A model generated the notes under the pieces. The model was not told where the DNA came from. It saw nothing but the letters and a program-made list of their open reading frames with translations, and made no database searches. This document shows positions 29,393 to 39,497 of a DNA stretch of 64,000 nt, piece after piece. This DNA comes from Gemmatimonadota bacterium (GTDB taxonomy: Bacteria > JBHIER01 > G020348925): assembly GCA_020348925.1 (NCBI GenBank), contig CP070758.1:1320469-1384468 (forward strand), in the 5' to 3' direction. The position numbers were made by a program, and so were the translations under genes. How positions within the stretch are numbered: the first letter of the stretch is position 1; every line of letters begins with the position of its first letter.

Positions 29393-30319
29393 ATGGAACC
29401 CTTGCCCCTCATCGTTGATATCAAAAGGCACAGCCTCGAGGACGGCCCCGGTATCCGGAGCGTCGTCTTTTTCAAGGGATGTCCCCTCCGGTGCGTCTTT
29501 TGCCAGAATCCCGAGACGCAGGATCCAAGGATGGAGATCTCCTTTTCTGTCAATGCGTGCATTCGGTGTGAGATGTGTCAGAGGATCTGTCCAGAAGGGG
29601 CGATACGCTTCGACCTCCCCGGGCGAATTCAGCGGGACAGGTGTCTTCGCTGTGGTGCGTGTGCCGCCGTCTGTCCCGGCAAGGGATTACGAGTTGTGGG
29701 ATCGTACTTTCCTGTTGAAACGCTCAGCGAAATTCTTCTGCGAGACCTTCCCTTTTACCGCCATTCAGGGGGTGGTGTGACCCTCGCCGGAGGTGAACCC
29801 ACCCTCCATCTCGACTATCTCGAACCCCTCTTACAAGCTCTTAAAGCCAGCGAGATTCATGTTGTCCTGGAGACCTCAGGTTATTTCGACTACGGCTCTT
29901 TTCGACGGCGGATCCTACCTTATATTGACATTATTTACTACGACATCAAGGTGGCTGATCCGCAGGTCCACCGGAAATATACAGGCAAGACAAACGGAAG
30001 GATCCTGGGTAACGTCCGCCGCTTACTCCAAGAGAGAGCGGCTGTGGTTTACCCCAGGATACCCCTTATTCCAAATATTACTGCCACGAGGGAAAATCTG
30101 TCTGCGATCCTTCATATTCTGTGTGACGCTGGGGCGGAGCATGTCTCCTTGCTTCCCTATAATCCCATGGGAAGAGAGGCGGCTGCGGGTCTCGGAAACG
30201 TCACGGTGCCTCTTCCGGAGTCATTCATGAGGCCTGATGAGGAAAAGGCGATGTGCAGCATGTTTGCCGGGCTGATTCAAGAGCTGGAGAGGTCGCCTCG
30301 CCCGCGCCAGGAGGTCTGA
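29393..30319 (+). CDS. Glycyl-radical enzyme activating protein (radical SAM with ferredoxin insert)
   Basis: DGPGIRSVVFFKGCPLRCVFCQNPE, two CxxCxxCxxxCP motifs, GGVTLAGGEP. Confidence 0.93.
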   Translation: MEPLPLIVDIKRHSLEDGPGIRSVVFFKGCPLRCVFCQNPETQDPRMEISFSVNACIRCEMCQRICPEGAIRFDLPGRIQRDRCLRCGACAAVCPGKGLRVVGSYFPVETLSEILLRDLPFYRHSGGGVTLAGGEPTLHLDYLEPLLQALKASEIHVVLETSGYFDYGSFRRRILPYIDIIYYDIKVADPQVHRKYTGKTNGRILGNVRRLLQERAAVVYPRIPLIPNITATRENLSAILHILCDAGAEHVSLLPYNPMGREAAAGLGNVTVPLPESFMRPDEEKAMCSMFAGLIQELERSPRPRQEV

Positions 30320-30728
30320 CGGGTTCGCGGAAGTTGCCAGGGCGAGAAAAACTTTGGGCCTGTTCAATAATCAACAGTTGTTCCCTCGATCAAAAGCGGC
30401 AACAAGATTCGAGCGCTTGAGGAGGTTTTCGGGTTAACGAAATTTCACGACGCGCTCGCTACGCCTTACGCCGAGTTCGGATAGAACAGGGAGATTTGTC
30501 GCGTTGTCATGGTGCCGAGCTTCATGTTCGCCTCTTCGAACTATGACAGGACAACGCTCGTTGCTCTTTGCATTCCCGGACACGGGCCACTCCAGGTTAT
30601 CAACGGTTCTTTCGGAGGTCTCAAACGGGTTTCCCTGAAACCGTCCCTGTTTCCGCAGGCCATGAATATACGGGGGCTGACGGAATATGGAGACCTCATT
30701 GAAGTGAAAGGGAAGGAGGATCGATAAA

Positions 30729-32876
30729 ATGAAGTTCGAAATCACAGGTCAAGTGGAAGAGGCCGAAAGCGGCCGCGGCGTGCCGGGCGTTGTCGTAAGC
30801 GCCTTTGATAAAGACCTCTTATTTGACGACCTCCTGGGGGAAGCGATGACGGATGCGCAGGGAAAATTCCGTCTGGAGTACGCCGAGGGAGAATTCAGAG
30901 ACCTGTTCGAAAAGAGGCCTGACATCTATCTCACGGTCAAGACCGTGTCCGGCAGGACGCTCTCCACGACTGAGAAGGCGACCCGATTCAATGCGACACC
31001 GCACGAGGAATTTCGGTTGAAGATTTCAGCAGAGGCACTGCGGGCGGCCGGGCTCCGGACGGCCGAGCCTGTTCCGACGATTTCCGAGGAGACGCTGACG
31101 ACGCTTACCTGTCTTTGGCATCTCGATGCGGAAGATGAGTTGGGCGAGCAAATAAAGGCGGATCTCAAGGGGAAATCTTCAATTCTCGAGATGATGAAAG
31201 ATTACATGGCGGAGCTGAAAGGGGAACTGGACAACGACGCCCCCACCTTCCGCAAACTCCACAGGCTGTTTGAGCTCGGTTCGATGCCGGAGAATGTGGA
31301 GGGCCATTATTACGGGGTCGCCCTCGGCCTGCGCACAGGCGACCTCCGTGGTATCGCCGCCGAGCACGGAAATCTGTTGGGCTATCTGTGGGGGGAGTCG
31401 ATCGGAGGGGTGGCCCCCTGGGTGGGGAAGAGCTTTACTCCCATGTCTGAGGGAGACCGAAGACAGGTTATCGGATCGGCCCTTCCTGACGACGTCGCAG
31501 TGTCCCGGGGTATCAACCATTTTAACGTTCTTGAGCATGCTCCGGTAAATATTGCGTTGAACACGATCCTGAATTTCTTGTGGCACCTGAAGGAGGTGCC
31601 GGAGGCCGAGAGGCTGAGATACGGACATGAGCGGAACGGGGGACATTTCGTGTACCATCGCGCCTTTTCCATGTGTGATAAGACGCCGAGAGAAGTCTTC
31701 CGTCTCAATTATCGTTTCCGTGGGCTGGACAACAATCCCCCGCTCAACTATCTCATTGACGAGTTGGTGGAGATCGCCGACGGGCTGTACTTGGGACAGC
31801 TGCTGTTTGCGACTGCCCGTCTGCTGGAGCGATACGACTCCGAAGCGGACAGCGAGACGTATAAATATCAGCATTTCGGATATTTTCTGCTTTTCCGGGA
31901 GGATTGGAATGGGGAGGCGAGGCGGCTCTTCCCCCATCTTGAGATGCCCCGGGCTGCCGTGACGAGCAGGCTGCCTTCATCGGCACTGTCCGATGATGTC
32001 CTGATCTCAAAAATCCCGGATAAATTCACCGGACTCACTCTGGCCGACCCTGTGGATGGCGATGTGGACAGTGCCCTGGTGGATGAGATACAGAAGGACC
32101 TGTCCGACTCAGGGACAGTCATCCGACTGCTCAAGTCTTACTCCGATCAACTTATGGAACATCCGGATACCCGATCGCCGGTCTTTGCGAAACTGCACAC
32201 ACTGTTCAACGCGGGGGTGGGCCTGACAACAATGGACGGTTTCTATCGCGGGGCGCTCGTCTCGTGGCAGAGCCAGGGGCTGCTGGCCGCTTTCGATATC
32301 AATACGATCAACATCGCATGGCGGGCGGCACGCGCCTTCTCACCCTGGACGGGGAAGCGCTTCGACCCTGTTGACGAGGCGCGGCTCCTGGAATTGACCG
32401 ATAACTGCGAGACGATGGACGTTCCCACCTTCTTCTGTGCCAATACGGTGGTCTTTCGCACGGCCAGGGAGAAGTTCACCCGAGAAATCATGAAGGCGGT
32501 TGGAATCTGGATAGAGGACGCGACTGAGGAGGAACGTCGTTTGCACGAATATGATGCGAAAACGTTCTTCTTCATCAGTAAGTATGCCAGGAGTGTTCAT
32601 CCGGAGAACAAAGGAAAATCGGTTTTTCAGTTCAATTACCGCTGGAAAGCGCTGCGCAATCCCATTCCTGATCGTTATTGTATCGACGAGCTGGTGCAGA
32701 TTGCTGAGGGACTCTATCTGGGCAAGGTCTATTATGCGACGAATCCGTTGGAAGCCTGGGATCCTTCGACGGACCCTTCGACGTATAAATATCGGCTCTT
32801 CGAGTATTTTATCCTGATGGATGATGAATGGCATGGGCGCAGATTGCGCATCGGATTTGATCTTGAAAATATCTAA
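30729..32876 (+). CDS. Hypothetical protein: N-terminal transthyretin/carboxypeptidase-regulatory-like beta domain plus two copies of an unknown ~290-aa domain
   Basis: GVVVSAFDKDLLFDDLLGEAMTDAQGKF; duplicated PWxGKxF and NYR..IDELV[EQ]IA[DE]GLYLG..TYKY..F.YF motifs; AGGAGG RBS. Confidence 0.8.
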   Translation: MKFEITGQVEEAESGRGVPGVVVSAFDKDLLFDDLLGEAMTDAQGKFRLEYAEGEFRDLFEKRPDIYLTVKTVSGRTLSTTEKATRFNATPHEEFRLKISAEALRAAGLRTAEPVPTISEETLTTLTCLWHLDAEDELGEQIKADLKGKSSILEMMKDYMAELKGELDNDAPTFRKLHRLFELGSMPENVEGHYYGVALGLRTGDLRGIAAEHGNLLGYLWGESIGGVAPWVGKSFTPMSEGDRRQVIGSALPDDVAVSRGINHFNVLEHAPVNIALNTILNFLWHLKEVPEAERLRYGHERNGGHFVYHRAFSMCDKTPREVFRLNYRFRGLDNNPPLNYLIDELVEIADGLYLGQLLFATARLLERYDSEADSETYKYQHFGYFLLFREDWNGEARRLFPHLEMPRAAVTSRLPSSALSDDVLISKIPDKFTGLTLADPVDGDVDSALVDEIQKDLSDSGTVIRLLKSYSDQLMEHPDTRSPVFAKLHTLFNAGVGLTTMDGFYRGALVSWQSQGLLAAFDINTINIAWRAARAFSPWTGKRFDPVDEARLLELTDNCETMDVPTFFCANTVVFRTAREKFTREIMKAVGIWIEDATEEERRLHEYDAKTFFFISKYARSVHPENKGKSVFQFNYRWKALRNPIPDRYCIDELVQIAEGLYLGKVYYATNPLEAWDPSTDPSTYKYRLFEYFILMDDEWHGRRLRIGFDLENI

Positions 32877-32967
32877 ATAGGATTACGGAATTCGTTTTTC
32901 ACCGGCAGGATGACACCCGGTTTCAGGACGGATTTCACTGCAAATCGAAAACAGAGGGAGATGAATA

Positions 32968-33566
32968 GTGGTTGTTCCAACCGATGTTCAGGTCGCGTTC
33001 GTTGTCGGAGCTTTTTTTGCGGACATTGGGGCGAAACTCATCGACGCCGCCGAGGGACATTCTGTTGAGTATCTGAGGGCGCTCTATGCTCGATTCAGGT
33101 TTCGGGCCCTGGCCTATCCCTCGGTGTTTGTTGCGCCTGCTGCCACAACCTTTATGCTGGCCTGGCCGGTTTGGGAAACGCAATATTGGAGTGCGGGCTT
33201 TGAAGCGACTGGGGGAAATATTCTCAGCGCCGGCTCCTTCGGCATTTTTCTCTTGCTCATGTTTGGTGCCGGCTGGTTCGGAAACTGGTTGGGATTTCGG
33301 TGGGTCCTTTGCGGTGCCAGGAAAAGGCTCCGGATCCTCTATGTTTCGATCGTGGTGCTGACCTCCGGTCTGGTCATGGTTCACAATGGCCAGCCCCCAT
33401 CCGGTTGGGGAGCTACGCGGCGTTTCAGAGTGATCCAGGGGCTATGCCGTACATTTGGCAGAATCGGGACTTTTTTGTCAGCTTTTGCGCCCTGACGCTT
33501 TACTGTGCCCTGCCGCTTGTGATCTGGTATATCCGTATTCGCAGAAGCGTGAAAGAGATACGATAA
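32968..33566 (+). pseudogene. Multi-pass membrane protein with a frameshift near 33382
   Basis: Frame 1 is hydrophobic up to ..SGLVMV (33381); the sensible continuation QWPAPIRLGSY..TM..RRSVKEIR is in another frame from 33384. Confidence 0.65.
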
Positions 33567-33809
33567 ATCGCGTGGATGATAAAAGTACGCTGCGACGAGT
33601 ACGGTACGATGTGAAAGCCGACAAGAACAGGGGCCGGGGCGCAGAATCGAGCTGCCGGCAGACGGACCTACCGTCCGAATAATATGGGCCTGATACGATT
33701 TTCTGTGAGGAAGAAACGTCTTGCCCGGGGTGTCTGAGAAGGATGGATCGAATCGCAATTCAGGAAAGACCAGTTTGTGAATGAGCAAAGGCAGGGGAGG
33801 GATGACAGC

Positions 33810-34730
33810 GTGAAGCTAACAAAATTTTGCATCATGATCTTCATCGTGGGACTGAGTCTTTGTGCGGATTTTCATGGTGCACGTGCTCAGAAAAATCCCA
33901 ACACCATCACCTTTGACAATCAGTCCGGTGATCCGGCCCTTGTAAAAGTAATCGGGCCGACAGGGCATGTGATTGAAGTCCCTGAAGGCGAAGACAGGAC
34001 AATCAACGTTGCATCCGGCGAATACTACATTCTTATCTGTTACGGATCTGAACCTGGGAAATACACTTATGCCAAGGGAGATACGTTTCGTGTCGTCGAG
34101 ACCGCAACACAGTATTCCGCCATCGGCATCACATTGCACAGGGTCGTGGGCGGTGATTATCCGGTCCAGCCGATACCTCCTGAAGAGTTTGACCAGGGAA
34201 CCGTTGCTCAAGCGAAATCGGTTTCAAAATCGGTGACGGTGGTCTTCGAGGATAGCGTTGAGGTCGAAGTGAATGATTGGACATTTCTGTACAGATTTGG
34301 TGCGTCGGATACGCTGGTGGATCTGTTTACGTATACTGAGAGAGATACGACCGACCTACGACTTCATATCGGCAGCAAGACGGAACACGGCGTTACCGTA
34401 GATGACGAGCGTGCGATCCCAGGCGACACAATTGAATCAATAGAATTTGTATGGGATGACAGAAAAGAGTATGTCCAGGAATATGTCATCAGGCTTGTTG
34501 ATGGAGAAATTTTGAGATTACCGGATCTCAGGCCGGCGAAAGGTCTTCTGACTCGGAAGCGGTACTTTTTTGGTGCCGGCCTCTGCCCGTGCATATATCT
34601 TAGAGGAGAGGCTCTTGTGGAAGGAAAGAGAGGGAATTTTGAGATCAGGTTGAACAAGCTGGGACAGGGGGAAGGTGAGAGGAACGAGCCCGGCGACAGG
34701 GTTACGAGGATTCACTTTCTGGAAAAATAG
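33810..34730 (+). CDS. Hypothetical exported beta-rich protein
   Basis: Signal peptide (..ADFHGARA|Q) from GTG 33810; long ORF. Confidence 0.7.
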   Translation: MKLTKFCIMIFIVGLSLCADFHGARAQKNPNTITFDNQSGDPALVKVIGPTGHVIEVPEGEDRTINVASGEYYILICYGSEPGKYTYAKGDTFRVVETATQYSAIGITLHRVVGGDYPVQPIPPEEFDQGTVAQAKSVSKSVTVVFEDSVEVEVNDWTFLYRFGASDTLVDLFTYTERDTTDLRLHIGSKTEHGVTVDDERAIPGDTIESIEFVWDDRKEYVQEYVIRLVDGEILRLPDLRPAKGLLTRKRYFFGAGLCPCIYLRGEALVEGKRGNFEIRLNKLGQGEGERNEPGDRVTRIHFLEK

Positions 34731-34815
34731 GGTGTCCTAATCCTGGCAGTGTTCTTGACCGTGGAATCGACAAATCACAGATCTCTGGTGCTCAATTTCG
34801 GCAAAATATTCCTGC

Positions 34816-35604
34816 GTGGATTCGGTCACTGTTGAATGGTCGAAAGAGAAGAGGGATGGGAGAATGGACGGAGAGCACGTGGATTATAAAAATTTCGTTT
34901 CAAGCACATCGTTCCGTTTTATTGACCAGGAGACATATGTTCCCAAATATGTTCTGTCCTTTTTAAGAACCTTGGACAGAATAGGCTTATCATTTGAATT
35001 CATAAATACACGTATTCCACGGGAGAAGAGATATCTTAGGGGCAGAATTCGGAGGATATTTTTTATGCGAAAGAAATCAACCCTGGCCTTAGGAATGATT
35101 ATAAATAAGATTGTCTCGAATATGAGAGATGGCGAGTGTTTCCTCAATATCGGCGTCTGGAAAGGGTACACTCTTTTTGCGGGGATGGTCGGAAATGAGA
35201 GCAAGGTGTGCATAGGCGTTGACAATTTCTCCCAGTTCGGCTCTCCGAGGGGTTATTTTTTAGAGAAATTTCGAAAATTGAAGAGTGAAAATCATTATTT
35301 CTTTGAAATGAGTTACGAGAAGTATTTTGAGCAGGTTCATCGGAGCAACATAGGATTTTACATCTACGATGGGCATCACGGTTATGAAAACCAGTTGAAC
35401 AATCTTCTCGTAGCGGAGCAATTTTTTTCCGATGGTTGTATCGTCATGATCGATGACACAAACTTTTCTCAGGTGAGAAAAGCAACGCAGGATTTCATCG
35501 CCACCAGTAAAAATACGTATGAGATTCTTGTGGATGCGAGAACACCGCGCGACAGGCATATGACTTTCTGGAACGGGGTCATGATTTTTCAGAAAACGGG
35601 GTAG
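34816..35604 (+). CDS. Class I SAM-dependent methyltransferase (Methyltransf_24-like)
   Basis: FLNIGVWKGYT, GVDNFS, YIYDGHH.YE, MIDDT motifs; visibly AT-rich; start may be ATG 34864. Confidence 0.75.
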   Translation: MDSVTVEWSKEKRDGRMDGEHVDYKNFVSSTSFRFIDQETYVPKYVLSFLRTLDRIGLSFEFINTRIPREKRYLRGRIRRIFFMRKKSTLALGMIINKIVSNMRDGECFLNIGVWKGYTLFAGMVGNESKVCIGVDNFSQFGSPRGYFLEKFRKLKSENHYFFEMSYEKYFEQVHRSNIGFYIYDGHHGYENQLNNLLVAEQFFSDGCIVMIDDTNFSQVRKATQDFIATSKNTYEILVDARTPRDRHMTFWNGVMIFQKTG

Positions 35605-35751
35605 TGGCCGTGTTATCTCGACGCGATAGCTGGGTGGGTAATGCGAGACTGTCTCAGATTGCATCTCTGTGGCTGTGATGGGGAAAGCGGGCCGCGGGTA
35701 TTCGTAAAAATGACGTAAAAGGAGATTGACGAACGTAAGAATAAAAACAGA

Positions 35752-35824
<73 letters not shown>

Positions 35825-36402
35825 AAGTTGTAATCTATTTCTTTTATTTTTAAGACCTTCCAAGAGGTCTTTTTTCTATGCCCGAAGTGTCGAAAATTAA
35901 ATTTTGTCCAAAAAGTGTCCACATTTTCCGGTTTTTCTAATTTTTTCTTCACCTCAAGAGCAAGCTAATATACTACCTCCAACCCGCTTTTGTCAAGTTT
36001 TTTATCAAGTATTTGAGTGACTTTTAGGCACACGTTTTGGGTACACTACTTCAGGTCAAATTTATTGGATTCCTCTCCCATTTCCCCATCTTTTGGGTTC
36101 CTACCGGTCACAATATGGTCACAAGATGACTGTGGACCTGTATTATTCTTTGAATTTCCGTCTCGATTCTTATCCCTCCGATCTCCAGTTTCCATCCTGA
36201 GTAGACTGAAGGCCGTATTGAAGGACCTAGTTATCGACCTTTAAACATATTCCAGTAACAACTCTGAAACTCAGGAACTTAGCAACTTAGTAGCTTTTCC
36301 TTGCAAATTTACACTTTTTTGCACAAATCTAAAAAAGAATCAAGAGGTTGCGAAATAAAAGTCTTGATTTTTGAAGTTTATTCATCTATTATTATAATCT
36401 GC

Positions 36403-36502
36403 NNNNNNNNNNNNNNNNNNNNNNNNNNNNNNNNNNNNNNNNNNNNNNNNNNNNNNNNNNNNNNNNNNNNNNNNNNNNNNNNNNNNNNNNNNNNNNNNNN
36501 NN
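36403..36502. other. Assembly gap (100 N) followed by a poly-C artefact
   Basis: N run, then about 30 nt that are almost all C. Confidence 0.99.
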
Positions 36503-36537
36503 CCCCCCCCGCCCCCCCCCCCCCCCCCCCCCTCGAC

Positions 36538-38022
36538 ACGAAGGCCGCCGATATGGGGGCCGATCTGGTGGGCAAGGTGGAACAGGGTATCCCGGAGGAT
36601 GATCCCCGGAATGCGGCCGTTATCGCCGATTTTGTCGGAGACAACGTGGGTGACGTTGCCGGTATGGGAGCCGACCTCTTCGAGTCCTACGTCGACTCCA
36701 TCATCGCGACAATGGCCCTGGCCACAATCGCCATGAGCAAGTCGCTGGTTCCCTTTGAAATGGGGCAGAGTGTTGCCTGGTTCTTGCCACTTATGGTGGC
36801 CGCGGGGGGTATTCTTGCCTCCATAATCGGGGCTTTCTTCGTCCGCGTCGGAGAGAAGCCGGAGATGGAGGCACTCCTTTCAGCTCTGCGTCGGGGTATT
36901 TTCATTGCGTCTGTCTTGACGGCCGTCTTTTCGTTGATTTCGGTGATGGTGCTCAAGGCGAACTTGGGTGTCTTCTGGGCCGTTCTGGCAGGTTTGATAT
37001 CTGGAATCCTGATCGGAGAGAGTACAAACTATTTTACATCGTACGCCTATAAACCGACCCAAAGAATGTCGGAAGCGTCACAAACAGGAGCCGGGACGAC
37101 AATTGTTGCCGGCTTTGCGAATGGTTTGATGAGCACATTGCCACCGATTCTTTTTGTCGCCGTTGCCATCTGGGTCGCCTATCACTTTGCCGATGTCTAT
37201 GGTGTGGCCATTGCCGGTATCGGCATGCTCTCGACTCTGGGTATCACGTTGGCCACGGATGCGTACGGTCCTGTTGCGGATAATTCAGGCGGTATCGTGG
37301 AGATGTCCGGATTGCCGCCGGAGATTCGAGCGCGAACCGATGCTCTCGATTCCTTAGGGAATACAACGGCTGCAACGGGCAAAGGATTTGCCATCGGGGC
37401 AGCGGGTTTGACGGCCTTGGCCCTCATGCTCTCATACTCAGAGGCGGTTGGATTGAAGGAGATGGGCATCAATCTCTTGGATGCCAGGGTTATTATCGGG
37501 CTCTTTCTGGGCGGAATGCTGCCGGCTGTTTTTTGCGCTCTGACGCTTACGGCTGTGGGCAAAACCTCTTTTTCAATCATCAATGAAGTTCGCCGTCAGT
37601 TCCGTGAGATCAAAGGATTGATGGAAGGAGAAGCCCGACCCGAATATAGTCGTTGTGTGGACATCTGCACAAAGGATGCCCTCAAGGAGATGCTTATTCC
37701 GGGGATAATGACGGTTTTAGCTCCTGTTCTCATAGGTTTTATCCTGGGGCCTGTGGCACTGGGTGGTTTTCTGATCGGAGCTATTGTGACGGGATTCATC
37801 TTGGCCGTCACCATGGCCAACGCAGGCGGTTCTTGGGACAACGCCAAGAAGTGGATTGAAGCCGGTCATTACGGAGGGAAAGGATCCCTTGCCCATAAAG
37901 CCAGTGTCGTGGGAGATACCGTCGGTGATCCTATGAAAGACACCTCGGGGCCTTCCCTCAATATTTTAATTAAACTTATGTCTATTATTGCCTTGGTTCT
38001 TGCGCCACTCTTTGTTAAATGA
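36538..38022 (+). CDS. hppA: Membrane-integral pyrophosphatase (K+-dependent, probably Na+-translocating), 5' end lost in the gap
   Basis: TKAADMGADLVGKVE, EDDPRN, GDNVGD, DAYGPVADN, GNTTAATGKG, GGSWDNAKK, GDTVGDPMKDTSGP. Confidence 0.95.
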   Translation, partial: TKAADMGADLVGKVEQGIPEDDPRNAAVIADFVGDNVGDVAGMGADLFESYVDSIIATMALATIAMSKSLVPFEMGQSVAWFLPLMVAAGGILASIIGAFFVRVGEKPEMEALLSALRRGIFIASVLTAVFSLISVMVLKANLGVFWAVLAGLISGILIGESTNYFTSYAYKPTQRMSEASQTGAGTTIVAGFANGLMSTLPPILFVAVAIWVAYHFADVYGVAIAGIGMLSTLGITLATDAYGPVADNSGGIVEMSGLPPEIRARTDALDSLGNTTAATGKGFAIGAAGLTALALMLSYSEAVGLKEMGINLLDARVIIGLFLGGMLPAVFCALTLTAVGKTSFSIINEVRRQFREIKGLMEGEARPEYSRCVDICTKDALKEMLIPGIMTVLAPVLIGFILGPVALGGFLIGAIVTGFILAVTMANAGGSWDNAKKWIEAGHYGGKGSLAHKASVVGDTVGDPMKDTSGPSLNILIKLMSIIALVLAPLFVK

Positions 38023-38052
38023 AGGTAAAACTTTTTTTAAGGAGGTGAGATT

Positions 38053-38364
38053 TTGAAATACTACGAAGAGACCATCGTAATTGATGGTTCCCTGGAGAAC
38101 GAGCAGATTGACACTGAGGTTAAGAAGATCGAAGAACTCATTCAGACTCGTGGTGGGAAAATTCATGATATCAATAGATGGGGTCGAAAGAAGCTGGCCT
38201 ATCCCATTCGCAAAAAGGAACAGGGATATTATATTGTTATCACCTTTGAGGCGGAAGGTTCATCAATTGTCGAGTTCGAGCATGAACTGGAACTGAATGA
38301 GACTGTTCTGAGATATTTGAGTATCTCCGCCAGTCAGGAATCTGCCGCGAAGGAGAAAAAGTAA
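38053..38364 (+). CDS. rpsF: 30S ribosomal protein S6
   Basis: [28 protein letters not shown] with TTG start. Confidence 0.95.
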   Translation: MKYYEETIVIDGSLENEQIDTEVKKIEELIQTRGGKIHDINRWGRKKLAYPIRKKEQGYYIVITFEAEGSSIVEFEHELELNETVLRYLSISASQESAAKEKK

Positions 38365-38467
38365 ACGTATATATCTTTCATGGTCAGTCCGTGTCCACGA
38401 AGAGATCAATTCGAAAAAATTGTCCGCTTCAAAATGGGCGAACATTCATGTATCAAAGGGGATTAAA

Positions 38468-38740
38468 ATGAGGCAAACGAGAATTAGAGAGAGAAGGGAA
38501 AAAATAGGGGTTCATGAGAGACGGGGTCGCCGGAAGCCGTGTAGATTTTGCAACGATAAAATTGAGCACATTGATTACAAGGATGAACGTCGTCTGCGCG
38601 GCTTTATTACCGACAGAGGAAAAATCATTCCCCGTCGCATCACAGGCACGTGCGCCAAACACCAGAGGCAATTGACGACGGCGATAAAAAGGGCCCGCCA
38701 TCTGGCTCTTTTACCCTATGTAGCAGAGACATACCATTAA
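38468..38740 (+). CDS. rpsR: 30S ribosomal protein S18 (zinc-binding form)
   Basis: [32 protein letters not shown]; exact start uncertain. Confidence 0.95.
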   Translation: MRQTRIRERREKIGVHERRGRRKPCRFCNDKIEHIDYKDERRLRGFITDRGKIIPRRITGTCAKHQRQLTTAIKRARHLALLPYVAETYH

Positions 38741-38761
38741 CACAGCCTGATAGGAGGAGAC

Positions 38762-39205
38762 GTGAAGATTATACTCAGAGAGGATGTCCCACCTTTGGGA
38801 GCAAAAGGTGATACTGTTGATGTGGCTGCAGGATACGCCCGCAATTTCCTCATTCCAAGAAACCTGGCTTTTGCAGCGACACCGTCGTACCTCAAGATTT
38901 ACGATGAGGAGCAGAAACAGAAGAATGTGAGAGCGAATAAGGAAAAGCGGCTGGCCCAAAAAATGGCTCATGATTTGGAAAAAATCTCCTGCACTGCCAC
39001 CGTTGCGGTAGGAGAGGAGGACAGGATTTTTGGCTCAGTAACAGCTCAGAATATAGCCGATTCATTGAAGGAACAGGGATTCGATATCGACAAGCGAAAG
39101 ATAGTTCTGGAAGAACCTCTCAAAGCTCTAGGGGTTTATACGGTGCCCATCAAGCTCCACCCCGATGTTGAAGCAACGGTGAAGGTCTGGGTGGTGAAGG
39201 AATAG
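38762..39205 (+). CDS. rplI: 50S ribosomal protein L9
   Basis: MKIILREDV..LG..G..V.VAAGYARNFLIP; FGSVT. Confidence 0.96.
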   Translation: MKIILREDVPPLGAKGDTVDVAAGYARNFLIPRNLAFAATPSYLKIYDEEQKQKNVRANKEKRLAQKMAHDLEKISCTATVAVGEEDRIFGSVTAQNIADSLKEQGFDIDKRKIVLEEPLKALGVYTVPIKLHPDVEATVKVWVVKE

Positions 39206-39497
39206 TCATTGTAATAGACACAAGGATCATTGTCATTGAGTGTGCTGTCATTGGAGGAACAGTCGTCCGGCATTCGAACTTACTCCCCGTGCTCGGTTTC
39301 CACTCTCTTTTTCACTACCGCTGCCCTCATGTACTATCCGCGACTCCGTTCGTTCTTATCACCCTCTGTTTTATTATTGATGTTACCTTGAAAAGAGCAT
39401 GCCCAAAAAGCTGTGTTTGTCTTAACATAATCCGTTTCGAAGTCCTCGCGAATCCCATGAAAATTTCGTTTACCATGTCTCGAAAAGGAGAAGTGTC

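Noticed and set aside
30330-30727. Small ORFs between the activase and the 715-aa gene
   Set aside because: No motif or clear RBS; cannot be distinguished from non-coding sequence.
36301-36537. N-terminal extension and poly-Pro tract on hppA
   Set aside because: It spans the N gap and a poly-C run at the contig edge.
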